From Octopus sinensis (Eukaryota): 64,000 nucleotides of DNA. The stretch spans positions 55,118,001-55,182,000 of the forward strand of contig NC_043006.1 of the NCBI RefSeq assembly GCF_006345805.1, read 5' to 3'. The notes beneath the pieces were generated by a model. That model had not been told where the DNA came from. It saw only the letters and a program-made list of their open reading frames with translations, and made no database searches. Below are positions 12,659 through 25,429 of this stretch, piece after piece; position 1 is the first letter of the stretch, and the number at the start of each line of letters is the position of its first letter. The position numbers and the translations under genes were made by a program.

Positions 12659-13539
12659 TATATGTATGTATATGTATGTATGTATATATATATATGAAAG
12701 AGAGAGAGAGAGGCATAGTTGTGTGGTTAAGTTTATTGTATGGTACTTTACGTGTCGTCTACTGTAACTCTAGGCTGAGCAAAGTCTTGTGTGTGGATTT
12801 GGTAGAAGAAAGCTGAAAGAAGCCAGTTGTATACGTGTGGGGATGTGTCTCCTTGTCTTGACATTGCATAATTGTCACTGTTATATAAGCAGTATTCTTT
12901 GTTTCTAATCTATCTTTTGTGAAAACACATCTGGTCATAAGGAAATTTCACCTTGCTTTGAAACAATTGAAAGTTGATTTGAAAGGCATCTGTCTCACCA
13001 AATTCTGTCTGACCCATGCAAAAATGGAAAAGTGAATGTTAAAATGATGTGTGTGTGTGTGTGTGTGTGTGTGCTGTTAACCGATATTAAATGATGATGA
13101 AAAGTGTATTTAATGATATATTTGTAATATTTACTTAAATTATAAATGTATATTTTCTTCATTTAACATTTGTTTGTAATGATTTCTTAGTAAAAATCCC
13201 TATACTTCATCTAAGATAATGTATGAAGATGAACCCCTGGGAATAGGAAGATGGTGATAGTTGCATGTCTTTTTCAACATTGCATCGGTGATATAGAATT
13301 TAAATAATCTCAACTAAGAATTGGAATTAAGTTTTGAGTCACTGTGAATCCTTAACACCACCACCACCACCAAATTTATATATATCCATGTATATTTTGT
13401 TCTTGATTTGAAGGTTCCTTTGCATTCTCTGTTGCCAGCTGGTGTGATGGCATTTAGAGTGATAAGCTGAAATGCTTAAGCATTTGCTGAAGGACTTTCC
13501 AAGCTTATTACCAGTTTTACTAGCTCCTAGGGGACCATA

Positions 13540-13668
13540 TTTCTTCTTCTTCTTCTTCTTCTTCTTTTTCTTCTTCTTTTCTTCTTCTTCTTCTTCTTCT
13601 TCTTCTTCTTCTTCTTCTTCTTCTTCTTCTTCTTCTTCTTCTTCTTCTTCTTCTTCTTCTTCTTCTTT
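13540..13668. repeat. (TTC)n microsatellite
   Basis: About 40 near-perfect TTC units. Confidence 0.95.
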
Positions 13669-13954
13669 TCCTTCTCCTCTTCCTCTTCTGCCTTTTTATT
13701 ATTATTTTTTACCTTAGTGAAAGGAGATGAGATTTGAACCTGGAATGTTCAGAGCTGAAACAGATGCTGTGAGGTATCTCATCTGGCACTCTGGTGGTGG
13801 TGATGGAGATTGGGATGTGTATCATTGGATCTCTCACCCAGTATATTTTTGCCAAATTTCCATCTCCTACTCCCTATTCATTATCACCTTCTCATGTGTA
13901 ACTCAGTCGAGTTGGTGGGAGTCCTGTAAGGAAAGATAAAAAAGGAGATTATTA

Positions 13955-14160
13955 TCATCATCACTGTTTAATGTTCATTTTCCATGCTGGTATGGATTGG
14001 ACAGTTTCACGGGAGCTGACAAGCCATGATGACTGTGCCAAGCTCCAATGTTTGCTTGTGCATGGTTTTCTATGGCTGAATGCCCTTCCTAGTATCAACC
14101 AGTTCACAGAGCATACTTGGTGCTTTTTATGTGGCACTGACACTAGTAAGGTCACCAAGT
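13955..14160 (-). mobile_element. Degenerate RTE 3'-tail/SINE-like repeat
   Basis: CATCATCA..TTTAATGTTCATTTTCCATGCTGG..GCTGAATGCCCTTCCT is homologous to the RTE 3' end at 25150-25343. Confidence 0.6.
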
Positions 14161-15417
14161 AACTTGCAAGACAATATCCCTCAATTGAGGAGGGTGTAGT
14201 TTGGAAGGAGGTGGCTTTATGTCATGTGATGAGAGGTTAAATTATGATAAACAGACAGAAACAGATGTATCTGCTCTCATAGTTTTAAACTTTTAAACAT
14301 GTCCAGCACTGTGGCTAAAAAGGAAGAATTATATAGATGCTAATTCTGTTCTGCTTCTATCTTCCCATCAATAAAGAATGAAGAATGGAGCATGAGGGAT
14401 GGAAGAAATTTTGTTGAATAATTTTTTTGTGATAGGGGTTACTATTTGTCAGTTTTGAGAGTCCTTGCTCTATCCTAATCATTGTACCACACTGTCTGTG
14501 TAATGAAATTGTGTATTTGACCTGTTGATAGTGAATCTCTCCACCATCTCCTGTTATCATTATCACTCTACCTCTCTTTTACCATCGCTCCACTATCACT
14601 GTACTTTTCCTCCATCTTGATGCCTGTGTAATGAAGGATGACCTTGGATTTATCCATATCAAGTATTTTCTACCATTAGTCATCATTCTCTCTTCCGCAT
14701 GTGACTCCTAGTTGGCATCTGCTACTCTCACTCTCAACCAATCCTTCACTAACTCTCGCCAATTACCTTTTCCACTTATATTGTTTTTGTGAATCTTAAA
14801 GCACAAGATAACAAATTTTTGAACTAAAAACACCATGACCTAAAACTGATACACCCAAATGAACACACCTAATCACATTCTTATATGCCTGACGGAACTC
14901 TGAATAGTAGCTTCAGTCTTCCAAAAACAGGTTAGATCTCCTGAATAACACCAACAATTAAAGAAATCTGCTTACCAACTGACCTTGCCACCTACTTAGA
15001 TTCTTTTGTGAATCTTTTGAAAATCCATGATCTGAAGCTGACACACCTGATAACAAAGTTCTACATGCATTACTTATTTCTGAATAATAACACAACTCCA
15101 AATTTAATCAATACTAATCTTTTATAATATCTTTTCACCTGAACCTACCCCCTTCCAACCTAGTTATTCAACAAAGCTCCACCTACTTCATATAAATTTA
15201 ACTTACCAGACACTGTATAAAGTCAAGATCAGTTTAAATGTAATGCAGTCTGATGAAGGCTAAGCAGGCTGACATTTCAAAGTTTCTTGTAACATTATTC
15301 TTGTTAAATTCTGCCTTAACAAATCCCATCTGACCCATGCAAGCATGGAAAAGAGGACATTAAAATGGTGGTGGCTGCACACACACAATAATCGTGTGTG
15401 TGTGTGTGTGTATGTAT

Positions 15418-15450
<33 letters not shown>

Positions 15451-15589
15451 TATATCTAATTCAATAATGTTTGAATTTATTACTATTTATTAGTAATACC
15501 ATTAAAATAATATCTTTCTCAATTTACATGACTTTGATTTACTTGGTGACTTGTGGAACTGGCTAAGGGACGACTGTATGTATGCGTGC

Positions 15590-15642
<53 letters not shown>

Positions 15643-15664
15643 GTGACAATTATTCGGTAGCCAT

Positions 15665-15725
15665 GATAAAACTCTGAGTTTCAGATGTCAAGGCAGAAAC
15701 CCACGCCGGCATCTCTTCAGTTATC
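15665..15725 (-). ncRNA. Type I hammerhead ribozyme motif in a PLE-derived repeat (15640-16110)
   Basis: GATAA-CTGAAGA-GATG...CATC(T)-GAAA-CTCAGAG-TT-TTATC: perfect 5-bp stem I, stem III CTC/GAG, GUU site; abuts (TA)n. Confidence 0.7.
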
Positions 15726-16243
15726 AGGCCATAAAAGAAATGCTATGAAAATGGCCGTTAAACAAAGGGAAATTATTGTGTGCTTGACCGTTATTAAAAC
15801 AAAAGAGCTATGACCGCTAAGTAAGGAGAGGGAGTAAAAATGTTCATAGTAATATCGTAAGCATGCATGTCTATGCATACACATGCGTGCTTACACACCC
15901 ACGTACATGTGCTTATATGTATATACTCATCCACCCTCACTTGAAACACACTCATATGCTCACCCACACATTCGCCAAAAAATATATACATACCTGCATA
16001 CGCGCTCGCACACATGCGCACAAAAAAGGTTCACACATGTGTCTATATATGCACATGAACAAGAAAAAATAGGGCTAAAGGCAAAATACAGAAAAAAGTG
16101 TAAAAAATAAGCAATAAGAATAAAAAGTAAAAGAGTAATATATATATATATATATATAGAATTTCGTTTTTGGATTTGGTTTGCAAGATTCTTTATAGGA
16201 GTCTGTGTGTTGAAGCATATTCTGTTGTGTCTGGGGAGAGTCA

Positions 16244-16402
16244 TTTTCTTTTTGTGCCTTATAATTTAACACACTCACTGGTAAAATTTCCACGTATTTC
16301 TTATTTTTATTTTCCTAAAATTTTCATTGCGTCTTGCAACATTTTCAATAGTATTGAAATTTTACCGGTGAGTGTGTTAAATTATAAGGCACAAAAAGAA
16401 AA
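16244..16402. repeat. Inverted repeat, ~47-bp arms
   Basis: TTTTCTTTTTGTGCCTTATAATTTAACACACTCACTGGTAAAATTTC ... GAAATTTTACCGGTGAGTGTGTTAAATTATAAGGCACAAAAAGAAAA. Confidence 0.9.
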
Positions 16403-16501
16403 TTAACAGTATATAAAGTATAATTTTCTTATAAAGTATGTTTTTAAATAGACTTCACAATATATGGACTATTAAGAAGTGCTCATTGTGAGCTAAATCG
16501 A

Positions 16502-16782
16502 AGGATAAAAGAAATTATAGAAGGAACACATCTAGGCAATCAATACAAATTCCAAAGCATAATTTAAAACACACAACGAAATAAATATACATATAAATTT
16601 ATAAATCAGTGAGCAAAATTACCTGTAAAAGTCATATGTGAAAACTATGCATATATGACTTTCACATGTAATTTTGTTCACTAATTTATATAAATTTGTT
16701 ATTTCGTTCTGAGTTTTAAATTATGCATTAGAGTTTGTATTTATTGGTTAGATGTGTTCTTTCTATAATTTCTCTTATCCTT
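16502..16782. repeat. Diverged palindrome, ~135-bp arms
   Basis: AAGGATAAAAGAAATTATAGAAGGAACACATCTA...AAAAGTCATAT / ATATGACTTT...TAGATGTGTTCTTTCTATAATTTCTCTTATCCTT. Confidence 0.8.
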
Positions 16783-16843
16783 ATATACATATATATATAT
16801 ATACCAACCCATGCTAGCATGGAAAGCGGATGTTAAATGATGA

Positions 16844-16896
<53 letters not shown>

Positions 16897-18687
16897 ATAT
16901 ACACTTGTTCCTCCTTGTACCTCTTTTGTTGTTGAGTATGTATTCCAAGATTTCTTCATCAATGTTGTTGAGATAAACTCTAGAAGCACCAAAGCTCAAT
17001 CAGTCCAGGGTTATTTGTAAGTTTTGTATCCATAATTCCCAACCAAGAAACCCTCCAGAACAGACCAGCTACTTGGTTCTTGTGAATACCCAGAGTTTCT
17101 TGGTCATCAACTAGTATAAAGTTCTTGTTGATCTTCCCCACCACTGGTTCTCTATAACACTAACTTGGATGGTCCATTGGCTTTGTTGCCTGATTGGTTG
17201 GAACTCTGAGTACCTAACGATATTTCAAGTGTCAGATGCCCAGTCTTGTTCTTCTTTTTGAACCAGAACTGAAGCACTTCAAAGAGATACTCTATTGGCA
17301 AAATGTGTGTGACAAAGAGCAACCACTTCTGGTTGCCAGCCAGAAATCTCTGCAGAATTTACTACCTCAGTGCATGTCTACACGTCATCAACTTTAGCAT
17401 ACTGAGTCCTCCACAAAAAAAGTGTTGGCAGCATATGGACTGCCTGGCCAGTAGAAATGCATCCCTTCCACAAGAAACAAAAGAACAGATGGTTTAAACC
17501 AGTCAAATGAAAATGGTGGCATGCCATTATGGTTGGGTAGTAATATATAATAGTAGAGATGTATACATCACTAGCTTTGCTCAGCCTTTTAGGGATAATA
17601 GGCTCTCAGCTTGTTTTTGTGTGAGCATTGATGATTTTTCATGAAGAACAAATAAAAAAAATATATATTGTTGCTACTTATTTATTTTTTTAAACTCTAG
17701 AGTTGTAAAAAGCAAAGGTTTACTGAATTAGGTTATCATAAATACAGGCTTGTCCTACCAGTGCTGTGTAAATGCAGCCATGCCAGTGGCACATAAAAGG
17801 TACCAACATACACTGTAAAGTGGTTGATGTTAGGAAGGGCATCCAGCTATAGAAACGATGCCACAACAGATAATTGGAGTCTGGATAGCTCCTGTCAAAC
17901 TGTTCAACCCATGCCAGCATGGAAAACAGACATTAATGATGATGATGATGATTTTATGGTCTGCAAAATAGTAGGTGAAATGAAAAGATGAAGTCCAAGG
18001 ATCTTTGCAGGCAACTTATGATCTCTCATTCTCATTCTTCCGATCTCTTGGCAAAAATCAGGTTTGTTTTTTTTTATCTTAAATACGTTTTCATCATCAT
18101 CATCATTGTTTAACGTCTGCATTCCATAATATATAAAAATCAAATTTGTGTATATCCAGGAAAAAGAAAATTTTTGCCAGAGATAGATACAGTTTGTCAT
18201 GTGACTCAATGTCAAATGCAAGGTTCATATCAAGTGACCTTAGCTGCAGCCAAGAAGAAAATACAAATTTTTTTTTCTGTCTTACGTTGTTATGGTTTGT
18301 TGTAGCTGTAATTTAATTTTGATGTGGAGTTATATATTAAATACAAGATAAATATATAGACAAGATAGTGTTGGTCTATTGTCAGTGGGTGCATATGATT
18401 CCATATATCTTCTTGTATATACCTACATATATACTAACATGCATACATCCAAATACTTGTGTGTGTGTGAGAGTGAGAGAGAAAGAAAGAGGGATTATTA
18501 TAAGTTATCTGTATGCTAAATTAATTAGCACATGCCCCTATGTTAACGAATGAATTATATCACTAATAAACGTGTTTAGTCATAATAAATAATTTTATAG
18601 CGAAGTCCTTATACACAATGGTTTCTACATTTAGACATTTTCTATGTGTAAAAGTGTTTTGTCAAGCATGTGAAGAATTAATCTGGG

Positions 18688-18729
<42 letters not shown>

Positions 18730-21431
18730 TGCTGTAGTGGAGTCTGGCATTGGTCACTCAAATATTTGAGTTGATGAGTCAACATGTATCTTTTACATGA
18801 CTGTTTCATCTGCTGGAAGTAGTAGCCAAATCTCCCTTAACATCTTACTGTCTATACACATTTTTTCTCTCTACCACTATGTCAATGGCCTCTGTTCTAT
18901 GGAGCTGACAAGTTTTGTGGCATCTCCATTTGGGCTCCCAAAATTCACTCATCTTTCCTCCCCTTATCACCATTATTGTGTCAACCCCCATCCTGCTGGT
19001 CTCACACCAACCACCATGTCCATTCCTGTTAATGTCTTCCCTGCAGGCCTTAAACTGCAACATTTTCAATGGTCTTGGAGGTCCTGCAAAACCCATGGGC
19101 ATGGCTTCTTCCTCCTGACCCAGCAGATATATTTTAAATCAACTCTGGGAAACACAAAATGCAAAGTTGCTTGGATGGCATTTGGGCTTAGAACATAAAA
19201 GTACATGTCCTAATTCCACAAGTAATTTTGTTTGTTGCACTTTTGAGTACAAATATGCACAAACATTAATTTCCAACTATCAAGTGATGGTTAGTGTTGC
19301 CAACAAGTTAAGTCCAAGTGAAAGAGATATAGAGAGGGGGGGTGCAGCTGTCTCTTGTGGCAAGCTAAAAATGAATATTTTATTATTCTTGCTTGCCGAC
19401 AGTGTAATACATAGCACCATTACTCTCTTTCTTTCTCTCTCTCTCTCAGACCAAAGGGCAAGGAAATGAAATATTAGCCTTCATTACTTTTGGAAATTGA
19501 ACTTATCAAATTCTCCTTGTAATATTATCATAGGACTTGTGCCAAGAGTTTTTTTTTCCCTCCCCTCACCTCCTCTTGAAAGCTGAAATGAACATTTCTC
19601 CAGATTGACTTTCGTCTCCTGCAGGTATAAAGTCAATTTTGTTCTGAGGGACAAAGGTTATATATATTTTTAACAGCATCACCACTCAGTACCCCTGTGC
19701 AGTTATCAAATTCAGGTCGAGGATGAATGATAAAATCGACCCTACTGGTGAGATGTACACTTAGATCTAACAAGGATGCTACCTAAGTGAAACACAGTAA
19801 AACCCTTTAAGTTCAATTGAACTTACCTTGTCCTTCTTTACCCTGTTTCTCATTTAGAGTTCAAAATTTTACATGTAACACATTTTTAAAAAACCTTTTG
19901 CCTTTCCCCACTTTTTTTTTTTTTCTTTCTGAAACCACAAATTAATCAAACCTTTTTCTTTCTAAAGTTTGCTTCCAATGGATTCTGAGTATTGTGAGAG
20001 GAGGGTGGGGTCGCTAGGGTACGTGGTAGGGGTTAGCTTTTTTTTTTCTTACTTGTTTTATGATGTCTTGTCTGGTGTTATCTATGGAACCAGCAGATGT
20101 TTCACTACAAAACAGCAGACAGATGTTTACTTGCTATAAACTTGGGTGTGTATGTAGGGGAGGAGGATGGGGAGAGCGAAAGAGGGAAAAACAGAGGGAG
20201 TGAGAGATTTGGGTGGGCATAGGTGGGTGGAGTTGGTTTACTCTTCATATCTCTTAGCACAGAATCACATCTAATATGCTCCATCTCTTTCCCCACCTCC
20301 TTCATTCTCACATGTGTATGTAACATATTTTTATGTGTATGTATGTATGCATTTTAAGTGCATATGTATGTATGTATGTGAGTGTATGTGGATACTAGTA
20401 TATGCACATGTGAATGGAAACAATTAAATAACAACAAGAATTTCTTCTCTTCTTCCTACACCTCATCCTACCTTTCTCAATTAAATATTATATTTGACAT
20501 ATTTTTAATTAGATTCCTCCCATATGTTAGAACGCCTGTCTGAAATTCCCCTCACCCATTTCACTTCTCTACTGTTTGTCCCTTATAACCGCCACCCTCT
20601 CTCCTTTAGTCCTTATGAAGTAAACTGGCCCATATTTAATAACCACCCTCTCCAGTATTATTATTATTACAACTATGCTTCTTATAAAGTGGACTCACTT
20701 CTTCTTTCATGTCCCTCTCCTTTTCTCCTAGACCCTCCACTATTCAACTTCCATTCAAAGCCATTATCTGGAGGTGGTGGTCTTTCTACTTTCTTCTATT
20801 TTTCTTTTCTTACTTCCCCCCCTAACCTCCTCTCCTCCAGCTCTTTCTGTTTTCTTCTTTACTTTTTCTGATTTTTCTCTATGCTTTTTTTATTTCTCTT
20901 CCCGCCTCACCTTTATATTTCTTCAACTGCCACTGCCACCACCACCACCACCACCACCACTAATAATACTTTTACATATGTGTCTTCATGTTGACATGGT
21001 GGAAATGTAGCCCTTTCTTTCTTCCATGAATACCTCATTCGTCTCCAACATTTGTGACAAGGTATGGTGTGTATGTGTGTGCATCTGTGTGTTTATTAGG
21101 GAGGTTGTTTCTCTCCCCCATCTGGTATTGAACTGTTCCGGACAACAAACAATCCAATTCATTAATATATTAAATATTGTTATTGTTGACTATCAGCTAA
21201 TTAATTCATTTATTAATTAACAAAAAATAGTAGTGTTGGACAGAATGCTTTGTGTTGGTTAGTTATGTCCCTCTGTTCTAGGTTCAAATCTTACAAAGGA
21301 TGGCTTTGTATTTAATTTCTATGTGAGTTAATTAAATATGTACCAGTTCTTGTTTAGCTGCTGCTCAGCTCTGATTTGCTATACTTATCATGACCATCCC
21401 ACCATTTATTTTCAAGCATGGACATAGTGAA

Positions 21432-21845
21432 GTGCAGGCATGGTTGTGTGGTTATGAAGCTTACTTCCCATCCACGTGTCTTTGGGTTCAGTCCTATTGT
21501 GTTGCAGCTTGGGAAAGTGTCTTCTACACTAGTCCTGGGCTGGGTTAACCAAGCCTTGTGAGTGGATTTGGGAGACAGAAATTGAAAGAAGCTTGTCATG
21601 TGTGTATATGTGTGTGTGTGTGGACACAGACACATATACACATATGTATATGTGTGTGTGTCTTTGTATCTGTTTTTGTCCTCAACCAGTTTGACAACTG
21701 GTATTGGTTTGCTTACATCCCCATAACTTAGCATTTCAAAAACAGAGATCAATAAAATAAGCACTAGGATTGGTTTCTTTGACTAAATCCTTCAAGGCAG
21801 TGCTCCAGCATGTCTACAGACCATTAACTGAAACAAATAAAAGAG
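21432..21845 (+). mobile_element. tRNA-derived SINE (degenerate copy of the 39385/54055 family)
   Basis: Box A/B-like head, CAAGCCTTGTGAGTGGATTTGG core, internal (TG)n, and tail ..ACTGAAACAAATAAAAGA. Confidence 0.7.
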
Positions 21846-24156
21846 ATTACTTATTTTTGTCTTTTGAAAAGATAGTAGGGTGTTATTTAAAAGAGATTTG
21901 GCTGGTATTTCTAGCAATTAAGTGACCACATAGAAACTCTCTCAACAGCACAGTAAGCACCAGACATTATACAGAGGAACTGATTCAATGATTACAAACC
22001 TTTTCCCCCCAGATTTGTGACCTCTGTGTTAAAATCAGAAATCAGCGTCAATATTTAATTTGAAATTCTCTTTCCTTCCCTTTTCGGTGTCGGATGTTTT
22101 CTGGTATTTTCTAGAAGGAATTAACATTCCCTTTGTTTAGCAATCACTGAAATTTATTAGTGTTGCTGACACATACATACATACACATATGGTCACACCC
22201 ACTATAAACAGCTTTTGTCTTCCAGAAAATTCCTCAAAGGTGGATAACGTGTTTTTTTCTTCTTTTTTTTTCTCCTCTTCTTTGCAGCATTTAAAATATA
22301 CAACTTGGAGCCTCTATCGTTTTTCTTTCTACTTGCAGCAGGGACCCGTTGATTGTTATCTTTTTTACCTAGTTTACGGTTCTTCACATTTAGCTTTTTT
22401 TTTTGTTTTTGTTTTCTTTGGATGTTTTTCCAGTATTTCTCTCGAGCTCCTCTTCACCATTCTCATCAGCATCACTATCCTTTCTAGTACCTCTAGTATC
22501 ACCCTACTGCTGTCAACTACAATGAAAATGATATAGACAATTTACTACATAGAAAAGAAAGACAAAAAAAAAGAAGAAAAGCCATGTTGCGGTTTTACAG
22601 TTAGTGAGTCATCATCATGAACAACACCTTACCATTCATGTCGTCATCTCATCATCATCATCATCATCATCTATTGGTGTAAAGCTGCTGCTGCTCTCTG
22701 CTGCACCTATGAGTTACTGCAGTGTTGATTGAGTAAGGGAGTGTGACTGACTATGTAGTTAGGAAGGTCTCTCTCTCTCTCACCCACACACACCGATATC
22801 AGACATGAGAAGATGGGTGGTGTGTGTGTATGTGCTTAAAACTAGATGACTCACTAGCTGACTTAGTCTGAGTCTACACTTACCATTATCCCCTCGGTCT
22901 GCTATATTTCTTTCCTGGACTTTTCTTCGTCTAACAGAGTAGTGTCCTCTGTCGGATGATTGTCTTCCCCTTACTCTCCCCTACCCCTTAAATCTTTTAC
23001 TTTCTTTTTCCTTGTCCTCTTTCCATTTCTCTTTTCTTTCTCTCTTTTATGCTTTCATTTATTTTCTATTCTTCATATATACAGATATTTGTGTCTATGT
23101 GTATATGCATTCATGCTCTCTCTCTCACACACACACACACACCACACTTGTGTATGTGTGTGTGTGTGAATATATATGCTTAATCCACAATTGAGTCCGA
23201 CAAAACATTTTATATCACCCAAGGGTTTCATCAGGGACTGCTGTTGTTTAGTTGGTTAAGTTAGGAACTAATTAAAGGATAGACATATAGGTAAAGAATA
23301 GATTGATACACAGATAGCAGTGTATGGGGTGAGTGTACACAGTGTGTGTGTGGGGGAGCATTAATAGATGCTGGCGGTGACGGTGATGAATGAATGGTCA
23401 TTGAAGGCTAGAGATGTTGATAATGGGTGTGGATTATTTGGTGTTAGTGGTAATGGTGTAAGCAGTGGGAGTGGATGCGAGGGTAGTGGTGGCTGGGGGA
23501 GGGTTCAGGGGACAAATGGGCAAGGTCTTGGTGGGGTTGTAAAGGGATTGTTGCAAGGGGGTAAGGTGGGAAATGGTGTAAGTGGTTGTGAATAAAGAAG
23601 TACAGGCACAGAGCAATCGTTTGCATGTAAATGAACATGGGCATGTGTGTACTTACAAACACACATCTTTGATCTTTTATCTTGTTTCAGTCATTAGACT
23701 GCAACCATGCTGTGGCACCACCTTGAAGGATTTAGTTGAGTGAATCGACCCCAGTACTTATTTTTTTAAAGCCTGGTACTTATTGTTTTCTGTGTCTTGC
23801 CAAACTGCTAAGTTATGGAGAAATAAGCTAATCAACACCAGTTGTCAAGGGGTGATGGAAAACAACCACAAACATACAAACACATGATGACCTTCTTTTA
23901 TTTTCTGTCTACCAAATCCACTCACAAGTCTTCGGTTCGCTTGGGACAGAAGTAGAAGACGTTTTTCCAAGGTGCCATACTGAACTTGGGACCAGGTAGT
24001 TGTGAAGCCAGCTTCTAACCACACAGCCACATAAGTCAGATACACATGTGATCACATATGTACACTTAACAAAGTCCTTAAAGGGTGAAACAAAATATAT
24101 TTTGTCAGACTTAGTTACAGATTAAATAGCTTGATTCTAAAATTTTTCTCTGATTG

Positions 24157-25343
24157 GACAGGTGCAGCAATGTCAAAGGAAGGCTAACTAGGAAGATAGT
24201 TTTTGTATGTGGCAGATGCTCAGGAGCAATAAACACTGAAAATGTGCAGCAAACAACTTCCGCCACATTCCAGGGAGAAAAATTAGAAGTAGTTGATAGC
24301 TTCCGTTACCTAGGTGACCAAGTCGGTAGCGGGAGCGGATGTGCTGAAATTGTAACTGCTAGAGTAAGAATAGCCTGGGCAAAGTTCAGAGAGCTCTTGC
24401 CTCTGCTGGCGATAAAGGCCTCTTGCTCAGAGTAAAAGGCAGACTGTATGACGCATGTGTACGAACAGCCATGCTACATGGCAGTGAAACATAGGCCGTG
24501 ACTGCTGAGGATATGCGTAAGCTCACAAGGAATGAAGCCAGTATGCTCCAATGGATGTGTAATGTTAGTGTTCATACTCGATAGAGTGTAAGTACCTTGA
24601 GAGAAAAGTTGGACCTAAGAAGCATCAGTTGTGGTATGCAAGAGAGACAATTGTGCTGGTATGGTCATGTGGCGAGAATGGATGAAGATAGGTGTGTGAA
24701 AAAGTGCCACACCCTAGTGGTTGAAGGAACCTGTGGAAGAGGTAGACCCCAGAAAACCTGGGACGAGGTGGTGAAGCACGACCTTTGAACTTTAGGTCTC
24801 ACCGAGGAAATGACCAGAGACCGAGACCTATGGAAGTATGCTGTGCGTTAGAAAACCCGGCAGGACAAGTAAGACCATAACCTGTGGCCTTTACCTGGGA
24901 TGTAGCCAGTCCACTTACGCATACCTTTCCTTCTTTGGATACAAAACTCTGCTTGTGAAGACCTGTTGAGGCAAGTGAAATCGAAATTGATCAAAAAATC
25001 AATGGAAATTGTAGTTGTGATACCAGTGCCAGTGGCACGTAAAAAGCACCATCCGAACGTGGCCGTTGCCTGTGCTGCCTTGACTGGTCTCCGTGCCGGT
25101 GGCATGTAAAAAGCACCAACTGATCACGGCCGTTACCAGCCTCGCCTGGCACCTGTGCTGGTGGCACGTAAAAAGCACCCACTACACGCATGGAGTAGTT
25201 GGCATTAGGAAGGGCATCCAGCTGTAGAAACACTACCAGATCAGACTGGAGCTTGGTGCAGCCTCCTGGCTTCCCAGACCCTGGTTGAACCATCCAACCC
25301 ATGCTAGCATGGAAAACAGACGTTAAACGATGATGATGATGAT
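24157..25343 (+). mobile_element. RTE-clade LINE, 5'-truncated, with 3' UTR tandem units and (GAT)n tail
   Basis: Motifs FRYLGDQV, ARVRIAWAKFRELLPLL, RLYDACVRTAMLHGSET, WYGHVARMDEDR and GRGRPQKTWDEVV. The 3' UTR has three GGCACGTAAAAAGCACC units and ends GCTAGCATGGAAAACAGACGTTAAACGATGATGAT. Confidence 0.9.
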
Positions 25344-25429
25344 ATATATATATAATGTCATTGTTGTTGTTTGTTCCTTCTTGAGCCAAAATAGCTCCAC
25401 TCAAATCCAGAACTGGGGAAATTATTAAG

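Noticed and set aside
11991-12816. Y/I/V/C-rich ORFs here and at 26662-27133, 41792-42419 and 49039-50310
   Set aside because: Translations of (TA)n/(TG)n microsatellites.
15250-15280. CTGATGA-AGGC..GGCT-GACA as an active hammerhead
   Set aside because: GAAA is mutated and stems I and III are not recoverable; counted only as a degenerate relic.
23368-23595. Gly-rich 75-aa ORF
   Set aside because: Low-complexity GT-rich sequence without splice or homology support.
25030-25185. Spaced GGCACGTAAAAAGCACC repeats resembling a CRISPR array
   Set aside because: Eukaryotic context; spacers are mutually similar; part of an RTE 3' UTR; no cas genes.
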